64,000 nt of DNA from an uncultured Trueperaceae bacterium (GCA_963739805.1 CAVUBJ010000005.1:21163-85162); one strand, 5' to 3'; shown: positions 40,127-50,420, counted from the first letter of the stretch. Program-made: numbers and translations. The notes: a model not told the origin generated them from the sequence alone.

Positions 40127-40576
40127 ATGGCGACTCTCAGGAATCGACGCGCAACTTTCGACTACGAACTGCTCGAACGCTTCGAGGCGGGCCTCCAGCT
40201 CCGGGGCAGCGAGGTGAAGTCGCTGCGGCAGGGGGGCGGCTCGTTGGCCGAGGCGTACGCCCGCGTCGAGGGCGGTGAGGTGTACCTCGAGGGGATGACC
40301 ATCCCCGCCTACACCGAGGCGAGCTACAACAATCACGAGCCCCTGCGCCGCCGCAAGCTGCTCCTCAACCGCCGCGAGATCGAGACCATCCAACGCGGCC
40401 TCGAGCGCAAGGGGCTGACGCTGGTGCCGCTGGCGCTGTACTTCAAGGGGGGCTGGGCCAAGGTGGAGATCGCCCTCGCGCGCGGCAAGAAGCTGCACGA
40501 CAAGCGCCGGGACGAGGCCAAGAAGGACGCCCGGCGCGAGATCGAACGCGCGCTCTCCCGGCGCGGCGACGCGTGA
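40127..40576 (+). CDS. smpB: SsrA-binding protein
   Basis: NRRATFDYELLERFEAG...GSEVKSLR...KLLLNRREI. A TTGCCT-N17-TATCAT promoter lies 14 nt upstream of the ATG; no SD. Confidence 0.95.
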   Translation: MATLRNRRATFDYELLERFEAGLQLRGSEVKSLRQGGGSLAEAYARVEGGEVYLEGMTIPAYTEASYNNHEPLRRRKLLLNRREIETIQRGLERKGLTLVPLALYFKGGWAKVEIALARGKKLHDKRRDEAKKDARREIERALSRRGDA

Positions 40577-41961
40577 GCGCGCGCCTGCGCCTCGCCCTCG
40601 TGCCGGCGCTGCTGGCGTGCCTGGCCGCCGTGGCGCCGGCTGCCGCGCAGCCCGCGCTGGTCGTCAACGGCGTGCCGGTCCCGGGCAACACCACCGAGCT
40701 CGTCGCGGGTACCAGCTACGCGCCCGCCGCCGCCCTCGCGCACGCCCTCGGGGCGGAGTCGTTCGCCGACGCTCAGCGCACGGTGCTCACGCTCAAGCTG
40801 GGCGGTCATGTGCTGCAGGCCACCATCCGCGGGGACGCCGGAGCGGCGTCCCAGGGCGGCCTGCAACTCGACGGCCGCCCGTTGTCCGGACCGGGCGCGC
40901 TCCAGAACGGCCCGGAGATCTTCCTGCCGGTGAAGCCCGTGGCGGAGGCCTTGGGCGGGCGGGTGGCGTACCTCGCCGAGCGCCAGACCGTGGTGGTGGT
41001 GCAGCCGCGGGCACGGCTGACGGGCATGCAGTACCAGCGGGCGCCGGGGGAGGAGCGGCTGGTGCTCCGCCTGAGCGCCCCGGTGCGCACCTCCACCTAC
41101 CTCAACGAGCCCGTCAACACGTTGGAGATCCACCTCGAGCGCAGCGACCTGTCCGCCGCCGTGTTGCCCGTGGAGGGCACGGACTTCGTCCGCGCCTCCG
41201 CCGCCGGCGTCGGAGGGGCCGTCAACGTCAAGGTGCAGCTCCAGCCCGGCGTCGGCTACCGCAGCTACGCCCTGCCCGATGGCACGGGCTTCGAGCTGGT
41301 GGTGAGCTTCTCGCGCACGCCTAGCGACGCGACCTCGAACGCCTCGGGGACGATCGTGCTCGACCCCGGGCACGGCGGTGAGGATCCGGGCCTGCGCTTC
41401 CCCGGCTACGCCAGCGAGGCGTCGCTCACGCTGGCGTTCAGCCAACAGCTCCAGGCGGCGCTCCAGGCGCGCGGCTTCGACGTGCGGCTCACGCGGGACG
41501 CCGACGTGAACGTGCCGCCCGAGCGCCGCTCGGCCGACGGCATCGGCGCCGACCTGTACCTCTCCATCCACGGCGCCGCCCTCCCGCCCGGCCAGTACCA
41601 TGCCTACTACCTGGCGGACGCCGACGGCCTCGACTCCCTGCAGATGGCCATCCGGGCGAACGCCCAGGGCGCCGTGCAGAGACAGACCACCGACAGCCTG
41701 CGGCGCCGGATCCTGCTCGATCTGGTGCCGGATCTCGACGTCGGACGCCGCTTCGCCGACGCCCTGGGTGCCCAGCTCTTCCAGGCCGCGGGCTTCCGCA
41801 CCAGCGACACGGCGGGCGCCCCCCTCTACGTCCTGGGTGGGGCCGCCGGTCGCGGCGTCCTGCTGGAGTTCAGTCCGGAGGATCTCGCCTCCCGGGACCT
41901 TCCCGCTACGCTGGCCGCCGCCCTCGCCGCCGTGCTCAGCGCCGGTGGCGCGGCACCGTGA
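40573..41961 (+). CDS. N-acetylmuramoyl-L-alanine amidase (AMIN/N-terminal domain plus Amidase_3)
   Basis: Signal peptide; IVLDPGHGGEDPG and LYLSIHGAA Amidase_3 motifs. GTG start overlaps the smpB stop. Confidence 0.85.
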   Translation: MSARLRLALVPALLACLAAVAPAAAQPALVVNGVPVPGNTTELVAGTSYAPAAALAHALGAESFADAQRTVLTLKLGGHVLQATIRGDAGAASQGGLQLDGRPLSGPGALQNGPEIFLPVKPVAEALGGRVAYLAERQTVVVVQPRARLTGMQYQRAPGEERLVLRLSAPVRTSTYLNEPVNTLEIHLERSDLSAAVLPVEGTDFVRASAAGVGGAVNVKVQLQPGVGYRSYALPDGTGFELVVSFSRTPSDATSNASGTIVLDPGHGGEDPGLRFPGYASEASLTLAFSQQLQAALQARGFDVRLTRDADVNVPPERRSADGIGADLYLSIHGAALPPGQYHAYYLADADGLDSLQMAIRANAQGAVQRQTTDSLRRRILLDLVPDLDVGRRFADALGAQLFQAAGFRTSDTAGAPLYVLGGAAGRGVLLEFSPEDLASRDLPATLAAALAAVLSAGGAAP

Positions 41962-42521
41962 GCCGTCCCGGTCCCGAAGGCGAGCGTCGCTGGCTGCGCC
42001 TGTTGGCCGCCCCACAGGTGCTCATCGCCGGCCTGCTCGCGCTGGCCGGCATCGCCTTCCTCGTGGCGGGCGGCGCGGCGCGCGTGGCGCCGGCGGCCCG
42101 CGTCAGCATCGCCCCGCCGGACGATAGCGCCAAGCGCACCGACGAGGTGCGGCTGATCCTGGTCGACGCCGACGGCCTCGAACGCCCGCGTTTCGTGAGC
42201 GTCTCCCTACCCGGGGCGCGCGACGCGCGCCTGCACGCCATCCTCGACGCGCTGCGCTCGGCCATGATCGGGGACGGCGGCTGGCCGCAGAATCTGCCTA
42301 CGCCCGGCGTGTTCGTCGAGGACGTCAACCGGCGGGCCGTGGCGGTGCTGGACATCCGCAGCGATGCGCCGGTGGCGGTCAGCGTGGGGCAGGAGCTTCA
42401 GCTCCTGCGGTCGCTGCGCGAGACCGTCCTCGCCAACGACGTCGACGAGGTCCGGTTCCTGCGAGACGGGCGCCCCGCTCGGACGCTGCTCGGCCACGTG
42501 GCGGTGGACTCCGGCCTGTGA
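41958..42521 (+). CDS. GerMN domain protein
   Basis: TM anchor, then a GerMN-like domain (VRLILVDADGLERPRFVSVSLPG...). Position immediately after the amidase, as in Deinococcus-Thermus genomes. GTGA overlap. Confidence 0.65.
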   Translation: MSRPGPEGERRWLRLLAAPQVLIAGLLALAGIAFLVAGGAARVAPAARVSIAPPDDSAKRTDEVRLILVDADGLERPRFVSVSLPGARDARLHAILDALRSAMIGDGGWPQNLPTPGVFVEDVNRRAVAVLDIRSDAPVAVSVGQELQLLRSLRETVLANDVDEVRFLRDGRPARTLLGHVAVDSGL

Positions 42522-42557
42522 CCGTCCACCGAGCCGACGGCGCGGCCGGGGCTCGTC

Positions 42558-43856
42558 TCAGGGATAGAGGCGCGTGAGCATGCGCGGGAAGGGCACGACC
42601 TCGCGGAGGTGGCGCGCCCCCGTGATCCACGCCAGGGTCCGTTCGAGGCCGATCCCGAAGCCGGAGTGCGGCACGCTGCCGTAGCGGCGGAGGTCCAGGT
42701 ACCAGGCGAAGGCCTCCTCGGGCAACCCGTGCTCGCGGATGCGGCTGCGCAGCAGCGCCTCGTCGTGGATGCGCTGGGAGCCCCCGATGAGCTCGCCGTA
42801 GCCCTCCGGGGCGAGCATGTCGTCGCACAGCACGCGGGTCGGGTCCCCAGCCAGCGGCTGCATGTAGAACGCCTTGGTCTTGGTGGGCCACTTCTCCACC
42901 AGCACGGGGCGGTCGAAGCGCTCACCCAGGATGGTCTCGTGAGGCGCGCCGAAGTCCTCGCCCCAGGCGAGCGGCTCCCCGTGCTCGGCCAGGATCTCGA
43001 GGGCGCGGTCGTAGCTCAGCCGGGGGAAGTCACCGTTGGCCGTCGGCTCGAGCCTCGCCACATCGCGCTCGAGCATGTCGAGCTCGGGCCGCCGCCGCTC
43101 GAGCACGCGTTCGACGAGGTACTGCAGCAAAGCCTCCTGCAGCGCCATGTTGCCCTCGTGCTCGAGGAAGGCGACCTCCGGCTCCACCATCCAGAACTCC
43201 AGCAGGTGGCGGCGGGTCTTGCTCTTTTCGGCGCGGAAGGCGGGCCCGAAGGTGTAGACCTTGCCGAAGGCGAGCGCGCCCGCCTCGGCGTAGAGCTGGC
43301 CCGACTGCGACAGGTAGGCGTTGTCCTGCTCGAAGAGGTTGATCTCGAACAGATTGGTGGTGCCCTCGACCGCCGTGGACATGAAGAACGGAGCGTCGAA
43401 GCGCACGAAGCCGCGCTCCCCGAAGAAGTCGTGGATGGCCCGCTCGAGCTCGTCCCGGATGCGCAGGATCGCCCACGGTGTGCGGTGCCGCAGGTACAGG
43501 TGGCGGTGCTCGAAGAGGAAGTCGACGCCGTGCTCCTTGGGCGTGATGGGGTAGTCGACCGTGGCGGACACCACGCGCACGTCCCGGAGCCCGAGTTCGA
43601 CGCCGCTGGGCGCCCGGGCATCGGCGCGCACCTCCCCCGTCACGACCACGCTGGTCTCCTGGGTGAGCCCCTTGGCGAGCTCGAAGCGCTCGTCGCCCAC
43701 CTCGCTGCGTACGACGACGCCCTGCACGAACCCGCTCCCGTCGCGGAGCTGGAGGAAGGCGATCTTGCCGCTCGAGCGGACGTTGGTGACCCAGCCGGCC
43801 ACCTCCACGGTGTCGCCTTGGTGGCGCGGCAGCAGGTCGATCGGGATCGGAGCCAT
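42558..43856 (-). CDS. asnS: asparagine--tRNA ligase
   Basis: Class II aaRS motifs [21 protein letters not shown] and [13 protein letters not shown]-terminal OB fold. Start [10 protein letters not shown]; the 43 aa upstream in the track ORF was rejected. Confidence 0.9.
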   Translation of the reverse strand: MAPIPIDLLPRHQGDTVEVAGWVTNVRSSGKIAFLQLRDGSGFVQGVVVRSEVGDERFELAKGLTQETSVVVTGEVRADARAPSGVELGLRDVRVVSATVDYPITPKEHGVDFLFEHRHLYLRHRTPWAILRIRDELERAIHDFFGERGFVRFDAPFFMSTAVEGTTNLFEINLFEQDNAYLSQSGQLYAEAGALAFGKVYTFGPAFRAEKSKTRRHLLEFWMVEPEVAFLEHEGNMALQEALLQYLVERVLERRRPELDMLERDVARLEPTANGDFPRLSYDRALEILAEHGEPLAWGEDFGAPHETILGERFDRPVLVEKWPTKTKAFYMQPLAGDPTRVLCDDMLAPEGYGELIGGSQRIHDEALLRSRIREHGLPEEAFAWYLDLRRYGSVPHSGFGIGLERTLAWITGARHLREVVPFPRMLTRLYP

Positions 43857-43923
43857 GGCGCCGAGTCTACCAGGGGCGCTGGGGCTGCCCGGCGCGGCGC
43901 GCGGAGGCGCCGAGGGGCGCGGT

Positions 43924-44739
43924 TCAGGCGGCGTGGGGCTGCAGCTGCAGGGCACGCTCGAGCGCCTCGACGACGCCGCACTCATCGACGTCCCCCACCA
44001 CCTCCGAGAAGCGTTCGATGAGCTCGGGCGCGCTGTTGGCCATGATGACCGGGTGCCCGACGACGTCGAGCATGGCCACGTCCCCGAGGCTGTCGCCCAC
44101 CGCCATCACGTCGCGTAGGTCGACCTTGAGGACCTCGACCAGGGCGCGCACCGCGCTGGCCTTGGAAACGCCCTCGCGCGTGACGCTCACGAAGGCCGTG
44201 TCCCCGAGCGCGGGGCTGGTGGCGGTGGACACCTGCACGCCCGGGACGGGGATGTCGGCCACCTCGCTCGCGAGCGCGATCGGCACCACCCACTGGGCGC
44301 GCACCACCGGCTCGTTCTCCGCCACGTCCTCGAGGTCGCGCTTGATGGCCGTGACGCCGATCATCCTGGCGTGGGCCTCGCTCATCGAGGTCTTGCGCTC
44401 CACGAACAGGTTGCTGGGGGTGTACAGCTCCAGCACGTAGCCGCGCTTGCGGGCGTGCTCGATGAGCGTGCGGGCCGCCGCCTCCTTGAGGGCCGATGCC
44501 TTGAGCGTGTCGCCGGCAGGGTAGGCGACGTGCGCGCCGCTCTGGAAGATGTGCGGCGAGTTCGGCCCGAGGCGCTGCGCCACGCGCATGGCGACCCCGA
44601 AGCCGGGTCGGCCGGTGCACACCACCAGCTTCACGCCCGCCTCGCGGGCTCGTTCGGCGGCGTCCCACACGCAGGTACGTACCTGCCCGTCGGACCCGAT
44701 GATGGTGCCGTCGAGGTCGAGGATGATCAAGGGGATCAT
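43924..44739 (-). CDS. HAD-IIB (Cof-like) family hydrolase
   Basis: [10 protein letters not shown] (DxDGT), VCTGRP, a C-terminal GDSLGD motif. ATG overlaps the aspS stop. The 570-aa upstream part of the track ORF is junk. Confidence 0.8.
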   Translation of the reverse strand: MIPLIILDLDGTIIGSDGQVRTCVWDAAERAREAGVKLVVCTGRPGFGVAMRVAQRLGPNSPHIFQSGAHVAYPAGDTLKASALKEAAARTLIEHARKRGYVLELYTPSNLFVERKTSMSEAHARMIGVTAIKRDLEDVAENEPVVRAQWVVPIALASEVADIPVPGVQVSTATSPALGDTAFVSVTREGVSKASAVRALVEVLKVDLRDVMAVGDSLGDVAMLDVVGHPVIMANSAPELIERFSEVVGDVDECGVVEALERALQLQPHAA

Positions 44740-46517
44740 GCCGGCTCCGCCTCCCGCAGGCGCAGCCCGAGCTCCTCGAGCTGTGCGTCGTCGAGCGGTG
44801 AGGGCGCCCCCGTCAGGGGATCGGCGCCGCGTTGGTTCTTCGGGAAGGCGATCACGTCGCGCAGGCTCGAGCTCTTGCTGAGCAGCATCACCAGCCGGTC
44901 GAGGCCCCAGGCGATGCCCCCGTGTGGCGGTGCCCCGTGCGCCAACGCCTCCAGGAAGAAGCCGAAGCGTTGCTGCGCCTCGGCCTCGCTGAAGCCGAGC
45001 GCACGGAACATCCGCCGCTGCACGTCCAGGCGGTGGATACGCAGGCTGCCGCCGCCGATCTCGTTGCCGTTGAGCACCAGGTCGTAGGCGTGCGCTCGGA
45101 CGCTTCCCGGGTCGCGCTCGAGGGCGTCGAGGTCCTCGTCGCGCGGAAGCGTGAAGGGGTGGTGCATGTAGGTCCACCCTCCGCCCTCGGCCTCCTGCTC
45201 GAGCAGCGGGAAGTCCACCACCCAGAGGAAGGCGAGGGCATCGGGGTCCAGCGCCAACCCGAGGATCTCGGGGAGACGGGTGCGCACGGCACCGAGCGCG
45301 GTGCAGGCGAGCGCCCAGGCGTCGGCCACGAGCAACAGCACGTCGCCGGGCTGCTGCGCCACGGCGGCGAGGCCCGCGCGCTCGCCGTCCCCCAGGAACT
45401 TCGCCACCGGGCCCGAGAAGCCGGCCTCGGTACGCCGCAACCACGCCAGCCCCCGGGCGCCGTAGCGCTTGGCGTGGGCCTCGAGCTCCGCGAGCACCTT
45501 GCGGCTGAGCGCCTCGGCCTGCTCCGCGGGCACCCGCAGCGCCTTGACCACCCCGCCGGCGTCGAGCGCCCCCGCGAACCCGCGGAACTCCGTGCCGTGC
45601 AGGGCGGCGGAGACGTCGGCGAGCTCGAGGCCGAAGCGTATGTCGGGCTTGTCGCTGCCGAAGCGGTCCATCGCCTCGCGGTACCCCAGCCGGGGGAACG
45701 GCGTGGCGATGTCGCGCCCCACCGCGGCCTCGACCACCGCCCGCATCAACCCCTCGTTGAGCTCGAGCACGTCGCCCTCCTCGACGAACGCCATCTCGAT
45801 GTCGAGCTGGGTGAAGTCGGGCTGACGGTCGGCGCGCAGGTCCTCGTCCCGGAAGCAGCGCGCCACCTGGAAGTAGCGGTCGACGCCCGCCATCATCAGC
45901 ATCTGCTTGAACAGCTGCGGCGACTGGGGCAAGGCGTAGAAGGCACCGGGTGCGCTGCGGGCCGGCACCACGAAATCGCGCGCCCCCTCCGGGGTCGATC
46001 GCGTGAGCAGCGGGGTCTCCACCTGCACGAAGCCACGCGCGTCGAGGTAGTCCCAGATCGCCTTGGTGACGCGGTGCCGGAGCAGCAACGGCTGCAACGC
46101 CGATGGGCGACGCAGGTCGAGGTATCGGTGCCGGAGGCGGAGCTCCTCGCTCACTTCGCGGGCGTCGATGCTGCCGTCGACCAGGAACGGGGGCGTGGCG
46201 GCGGGGGAGAGCACCTCGAGCCGGCCGGCGACGACCTCGATCTCGCCCGTCGGGCTGCGGTCGCTCCGCTGCCCCTGCGGGCGCACGCGCACCTCGCCCG
46301 CTACCTCCACCACGAACTCGGCCCGCAGCCCCTCGGCGGCGCGGAAGGCGTCTTCGTTGTCGGGCTCGACGACGATCTGGGTGAGTCCCTCGCGGTCGCG
46401 CAGGTCGAAGAAGATCAGGCCGCCGAGATCGCGACGCCGATTCACCCACCCCTGGAGCAGCACCGTGCGGGAGGCATGCGAGGCGCGGAGCGCCCCGCAG
46501 GTATGGGTCCGTCTCAT
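44736..46517 (-). CDS. aspS: aspartate--tRNA ligase
   Basis: RTHTCGALR, class II motifs FRDEDLRADRQPDFTQLD and GLDRLVMLL; GAD insertion domain. Confidence 0.95.
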   Translation of the reverse strand: MRRTHTCGALRASHASRTVLLQGWVNRRRDLGGLIFFDLRDREGLTQIVVEPDNEDAFRAAEGLRAEFVVEVAGEVRVRPQGQRSDRSPTGEIEVVAGRLEVLSPAATPPFLVDGSIDAREVSEELRLRHRYLDLRRPSALQPLLLRHRVTKAIWDYLDARGFVQVETPLLTRSTPEGARDFVVPARSAPGAFYALPQSPQLFKQMLMMAGVDRYFQVARCFRDEDLRADRQPDFTQLDIEMAFVEEGDVLELNEGLMRAVVEAAVGRDIATPFPRLGYREAMDRFGSDKPDIRFGLELADVSAALHGTEFRGFAGALDAGGVVKALRVPAEQAEALSRKVLAELEAHAKRYGARGLAWLRRTEAGFSGPVAKFLGDGERAGLAAVAQQPGDVLLLVADAWALACTALGAVRTRLPEILGLALDPDALAFLWVVDFPLLEQEAEGGGWTYMHHPFTLPRDEDLDALERDPGSVRAHAYDLVLNGNEIGGGSLRIHRLDVQRRMFRALGFSEAEAQQRFGFFLEALAHGAPPHGGIAWGLDRLVMLLSKSSSLRDVIAFPKNQRGADPLTGAPSPLDDAQLEELGLRLREAEPA

Positions 46518-46574
46518 GCGGTCGAGCTTATCAGACCCCCGAGGACCCGCGGGCCGCCGCGCGGACGGCGGGCG

Positions 46575-47837
46575 TCAGCCGAGCGCCGCGCGCAGGGTGG
46601 ACTCCAGCTCGCCCTCGGGCACCTCGCGCTGATCGCCGCTGTCGAGCTGCTTGAGCTGGATGGTGCCGTGCGCACGCTCCCGCTCCCCGCGCAGGCCGGC
46701 GAAACGGGCGCCGCTGCGGTCGGCGTCGCGCAACCCCTTGCCGGGATTGCGGCGCACGTAGGCGTACTCGACGTGCCACCGGCGGCGCAGGCGCGCGGCC
46801 AGGGCGGCCACCTCCGGCACCGCCGCGTCGTCCATCGGAACCAGGAACACCGCCGGACGCGGCGCCTCGTCGGCCCTCACGCCCTCCTCCGCCATGGCGT
46901 CGAGGACCCGCTCGATGCCCAGGGCCCAGCCCACGCCGGGAAGGGCGGGACCGCCGAGGCTCTCGATGAGCCCGTCGTAGCGGCCCCCGCCGCCCAGGGC
47001 CGACTGGGCGCCGATCCCGCCGTAGTGGGACTCGAAGGCCGTCCTGCGGTAGTAGTCGAGCCCCCGCACGATGGCGGGGTCGATCTCGTAGGGGATCCCC
47101 CAGTCGTCCAGGTAGACCTGGACCTGCTCGAGGTGGGCGCGCGCCGCGGCGCCCACCATGTCCAACGGCCGCTTGAGGCCGTCCAGGAGCGCCTGGTCGC
47201 CGGCGTCCTTGCTGTCCAACACCCGCATCGGGTTGAGGCGCAGGCGTTCCTGGCTCGTGGGCGTGAGCTCCGCGCTCCGCGGCGCCAGCGCCTGCCGCAG
47301 GTAGGCGTTGTAGGCCGCGCGGTCCTCGGGATCCCCGACCGAACCGAGCCGCACGTGGTGAGACTTCAGCCCGCAGGCCTCCAGCACGCCGTACAGCAGC
47401 GCGATGGACTCGGCGTCGGCCAGCGCCTGGGGCAGCCCGATGATCTCCAGGTTCACCTGGTGGAACTGGCGGAACCGGCCGCGCTGCACGTTCTCCGCGC
47501 GGAACAGTGGGCCGGAGCTCCACAGCTTGACCGGGCTCGGCAGCGTGTGCATGCCGTGCTCGATGAAGGCGCGCAGCACGCCGGCGGTGAACTCCGGCCG
47601 CAGCGTGAGACTGCGCCCGCCGCGGTCCTCGAAGGTGTACATCTCCTTCTGGACCACCAGGTCGGCGCTCTCGCCGACGGTCTTGGCGAAGACCTCGCTG
47701 TACTCGAACACTGGCGTGCTCAGCCTGCGGGCGCCGCCGCGGCCGAGGACCGACGCCACGGCGCGCTCGAGGTGCGCCCAGGCGGCTTGCTGGTCCGGCA
47801 GGATGTCGTGGGTGCCCTTGACGGCCTGAAGCTTCAT
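46575..47837 (-). CDS. hisS: histidine--tRNA ligase
   Basis: KGTHDILPD, RPEFTAGVLRAF, GGGGRYDGL. Start MKLQAVKG. Confidence 0.93.
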   Translation of the reverse strand: MKLQAVKGTHDILPDQQAAWAHLERAVASVLGRGGARRLSTPVFEYSEVFAKTVGESADLVVQKEMYTFEDRGGRSLTLRPEFTAGVLRAFIEHGMHTLPSPVKLWSSGPLFRAENVQRGRFRQFHQVNLEIIGLPQALADAESIALLYGVLEACGLKSHHVRLGSVGDPEDRAAYNAYLRQALAPRSAELTPTSQERLRLNPMRVLDSKDAGDQALLDGLKRPLDMVGAAARAHLEQVQVYLDDWGIPYEIDPAIVRGLDYYRRTAFESHYGGIGAQSALGGGGRYDGLIESLGGPALPGVGWALGIERVLDAMAEEGVRADEAPRPAVFLVPMDDAAVPEVAALAARLRRRWHVEYAYVRRNPGKGLRDADRSGARFAGLRGERERAHGTIQLKQLDSGDQREVPEGELESTLRAALG

Positions 47838-47914
47838 GGTGGGTGAGTCTACCGCGTGGTGGCCGCGCCGCCGCGCTGGTCCGGGGCCCGGCGGGCGCCG
47901 CGGCGGCACATGGC

Positions 47915-47942
47915 AACGGGGCCGCCCGCCGGCGGCCCCGTT
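47915..47942. terminator. perfect 12-bp GC stem-loop between the convergent-side lipoprotein gene end and the hisS start
   Basis: Sequence aacggggccgcc-cgcc-ggcggccccgtt; no U tract (GC-rich genome). Confidence 0.4.
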
Positions 47943-47962
47943 GCGCCATCTTCAGGAGGCCC

Positions 47963-48325
47963 TCAGGGGAGGTTGGCGGGGACCCCGTTGCTCTTGATAC
48001 CCGCCACGACCACGAAGATGAAGCCCGAGCCGGCCCCCTCCGGGACCGAGAACTCGATGCGCGTGGGCGTCCAGGCGTTGGGGGTGATCTTCATGCCGCC
48101 GTCACCGTTCATGTTGGCGCCGGCGATGACGTAGCTGTCGCTGGCGTTGCCGTTCTGGCCGTCACCGAAGTAGCGGCCCTGCAACACCACCGAGCCGTTG
48201 CCCGCCTGCGGAACCGTCACGGAGACGAGGGTGGGGACCACATTGGTCTCCACCGAAGGGGTGGGGGCGCAGGCGGCCAGCACGACGGCCAGCAACCCGA
48301 GTGGAATCCAGGCAAGACGCTTCAC
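47963..48325 (-). CDS. small lipoprotein (120 aa)
   Basis: GTG start with a GAGGAGG RBS. Lipobox LAAC. Beta-rich IPT/TIG-like body. Confidence 0.6.
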   Translation of the reverse strand: MKRLAWIPLGLLAVVLAACAPTPSVETNVVPTLVSVTVPQAGNGSVVLQGRYFGDGQNGNASDSYVIAGANMNGDGGMKITPNAWTPTRIEFSVPEGAGSGFIFVVVAGIKSNGVPANLP

Positions 48326-48465
48326 GGTGTCCTCCTCGCTGTCCAGAGCGTACGGGCCGTCGCCCTGCGGCGTCAATGGGACTTTTCATAACGATCCGGG
48401 CGCTCCGGCACGGCCCTCCCGCGGCGCCCCGCGGCCCACGCGCGGCCCACGGTACGATACCTCCC

Positions 48466-49047
48466 GTGACCAGCCACTACTTCGCCTACCTCGCCCGCAT
48501 GAAGTTCATCATGCGCTGGGGCCTGATGCGCAACACCCGTGCCGAGAACACCCAGGAGCACAGCATGCAGGTGGCCGTCGTCGCCCACGCGCTGGCGATC
48601 ATCGCCAACCGTCTCTACGGCGGCGACGTCGATCCCGAGAGGACCGCGCTGCTCGCCGTCTACCACGACGCGGAGGAGGTCATCACCGGCGACGTGCCGA
48701 CCCCCATCAAGTACTTCAACCCCCAGATCGCCGAGGCCATGGACGGTATCGAGATGGTCGCCAGGCGGCGCCTGCTGGCGATGCTGCCCGAGGCCCTGCG
48801 CGAGGATTTCGAGGCCCTGTACTTCCACCAGGAAGAGGACGCCGCCGCCTGGCGCCTGGTGAAGGCTGCCGACAAGCTCACGGCGTACCTGAAGTGCGTC
48901 GAGGAGGCCAAGGCGGGCAACGAGGAGTTCAGCCGCGCCGAGCAGGCCATCGCCGCGGATCTGCAGGCCTCCGAGGAGCCGGCCGTGCGCTACTTCCTGG
49001 AGACCTTCGTGCCCAGCTTCCGGCTGACATTGGACGAGCTGAACTGA
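48466..49047 (+). CDS. yfbR: HD-domain 5'-deoxynucleotidase (YfbR-like)
   Basis: VTSHYFAYLARMKFIMRWGLMRN...EHSMQVAVVAHALA...YHDAEEVITGDVPTP, collinear with E. coli YfbR. GTG start 7 nt after a TACGAT -10-like hexamer. Confidence 0.85.
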   Translation: MTSHYFAYLARMKFIMRWGLMRNTRAENTQEHSMQVAVVAHALAIIANRLYGGDVDPERTALLAVYHDAEEVITGDVPTPIKYFNPQIAEAMDGIEMVARRRLLAMLPEALREDFEALYFHQEEDAAAWRLVKAADKLTAYLKCVEEAKAGNEEFSRAEQAIAADLQASEEPAVRYFLETFVPSFRLTLDELN

Positions 49048-49347
49048 GGCGTGCGTCCGCACGAGGGCATGAGCGACGGCCTCGAGGGTCCCGCGCATCG
49101 CGGGTGCCCGCCGGAGCCCCTGGAGACGGTCACGCTGCGCTAGCATGGGCGCGTGCCCGACGGTCGCGCGCGACGAGCTTGCGGCCCCGCGTCCGGTGCC
49201 GGCGCCGCGGTACGCGCCGCGCACGCGCTCGATGTTCGGCCCGGCGCCGACGCCGTGCCTGAGCCCGCCGCGTCGAGCGCGTCCGTCACTGCTTCGCGCG
49301 CAGCGCGGCCGACGCGGGCGGGCCGCGGCCGCCATCCGCAGGCGGAT

Positions 49348-49980
49348 ATGGACGCCGAGCGCCTGCTCGCGCTGCTCGCGCTGCTCGGTGGCCGGGGCAT
49401 CCCAACCTGGATCGACGGTGGATGGTGCGTCGACGCCTTGCTCGGGCGCCAGACGCGCGCCCACGACGACCTCGACCTGGCCGTGGCGCGCGAGGACGTG
49501 GAGCGCCTGTGCGCGGCCCTGGCGGAGGCGGGCTACGCGCCGTGGGATGACGGCACGGCCGGTTCGCGCTGCCCAGACGGCCTGGAGTACCTGGTGGACG
49601 AGCGTGGGCACCAGGTCGACGTGCACCGGGTCAGGTTCACGCCGGACGGGGACGGCGTGCACCGCATGGCGAACGGGGAGGACTGGATCTACCCCGCGCG
49701 CGCGTTCGCCGGCCGCGGCCGCGTACTGGGCCGCGAGGTCGCGTGCCTCGCGGCCGACGTCATGCTGGTGTGCCACACCACCGGCTACGCGCTGGACGCG
49801 GCCCACCGGGCGGACGCGGCGGCGCTGGCCGATGCCTTCGCGCTGCCGCTACCGTCCTTCCGTTGGGCCGAGGACGAGCCTGGCGAGCGCGCGGGGCCCG
49901 GGAACCAGCCGTCCGAGGGCGAGGCAATTGGCGGCGAAGCTGCCGGGGACGGGTCGCCCGGCCGAACAGACGAGGGCTGA
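49348..49980 (+). CDS. ANT(2'')-Ia family nucleotidyltransferase (PF10706-like; possible aminoglycoside nucleotidyltransferase)
   Basis: IPTWIDGGWCVDALLGRQTRAHDDLDL aligns almost residue for residue with ANT(2'')-Ia LPLWIGGGWAIDARLGRVTRKHDDIDL. Acidic Gly-rich C-terminal tail. Start could be as early as GTG 49153. Confidence 0.75.
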   Translation: MDAERLLALLALLGGRGIPTWIDGGWCVDALLGRQTRAHDDLDLAVAREDVERLCAALAEAGYAPWDDGTAGSRCPDGLEYLVDERGHQVDVHRVRFTPDGDGVHRMANGEDWIYPARAFAGRGRVLGREVACLAADVMLVCHTTGYALDAAHRADAAALADAFALPLPSFRWAEDEPGERAGPGNQPSEGEAIGGEAAGDGSPGRTDEG

Positions 49981-50126
49981 GCACCAAGGCCGCCTCGGTC
50001 TGTCACGCGGGCCCCCACGGCCAACATATGAGGCCGCGGCGGCCGGGGGAACCGCGGCCCTCCGGAGTCGCGGCGGCGGCCCCGCTGCGACGCGCGCGCT
50101 CTGATGTGCGCCCACGGGCCGGGGCC

Positions 50127-50372
50127 TTGCGCGGGGAGTACGATGCCCTGTTGTTCCACGGCGAGGACGACGGTCCGGCGTGGCGTTCGGTGAATGCCGC
50201 GGACGCGATCGCCGCCAACCTTACGTGCGCGGAGGAAACCAATGCGGGCAACGAGGAGCTCAGCCCCGCCGAGCAGGCCTTCGCGGCTGATCTCACCGCC
50301 TCCGAGGAGCCGGCCCCCCGCTGCTTCCTGGAGTCCTTCGTGCTCCGCTTCGGGTCGAGGTTGGACGAGTTC
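50127..50372 (+). pseudogene. decayed duplicate of the yfbR 3' end (about 82 codons, no start, stop lost)
   Basis: LRGEYDALLFHGEDDGPAWRSVNAADAIAANLTCAEETNAGNEELSPAEQAFAADLTASEEPAPRCFLESFVLRFGSRLDEF aligns with the yfbR C-terminus (about 60% identity). Embedded in a junk track ORF. Confidence 0.6.
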
Positions 50373-50385
50373 AAGGGACGACGTG

Positions 50386-50420
50386 CACATGTTCACGAGC
50401 GTTGTGCTCGTGAACATGTG
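50386..50420. repeat. perfect palindrome A (15-bp arms, 5-nt spacer)
   Basis: CACATGTTCACGAGC-gttgt-GCTCGTGAACATGTG, immediately after the yfbR remnant and 210 bp upstream of mgtE. Confidence 0.8.

Noticed and set aside
43924-47846. 841-aa ORF 43924..46449 and 1004-aa ORF 44832..47846
   Set aside because: Only the last 271 aa of the first is a real HAD hydrolase. The rest is a frame-shadow of aspS. The second is antisense to aspS/hisS.
49153-49347. Longer start (GTG 49153) for the ANT-like gene
   Set aside because: The extra 65 aa are low complexity and lie outside the conserved ANT(2'') domain, which begins at MDAERLL. Kept as an alternative only.
50386-50420. Palindrome A/B as Deinococcus RDRM (DdrO operator), Cheo-type LexA box, or integron attC
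   Set aside because: RDRM is a 17-bp TTATGT...ACATAA-type site. Cheo needs GAAC-N4-GTTC. attC needs RYYYAAC/GTTRRRY cores and an IntI integrase. None fits. Kept as unexplained palindromes.
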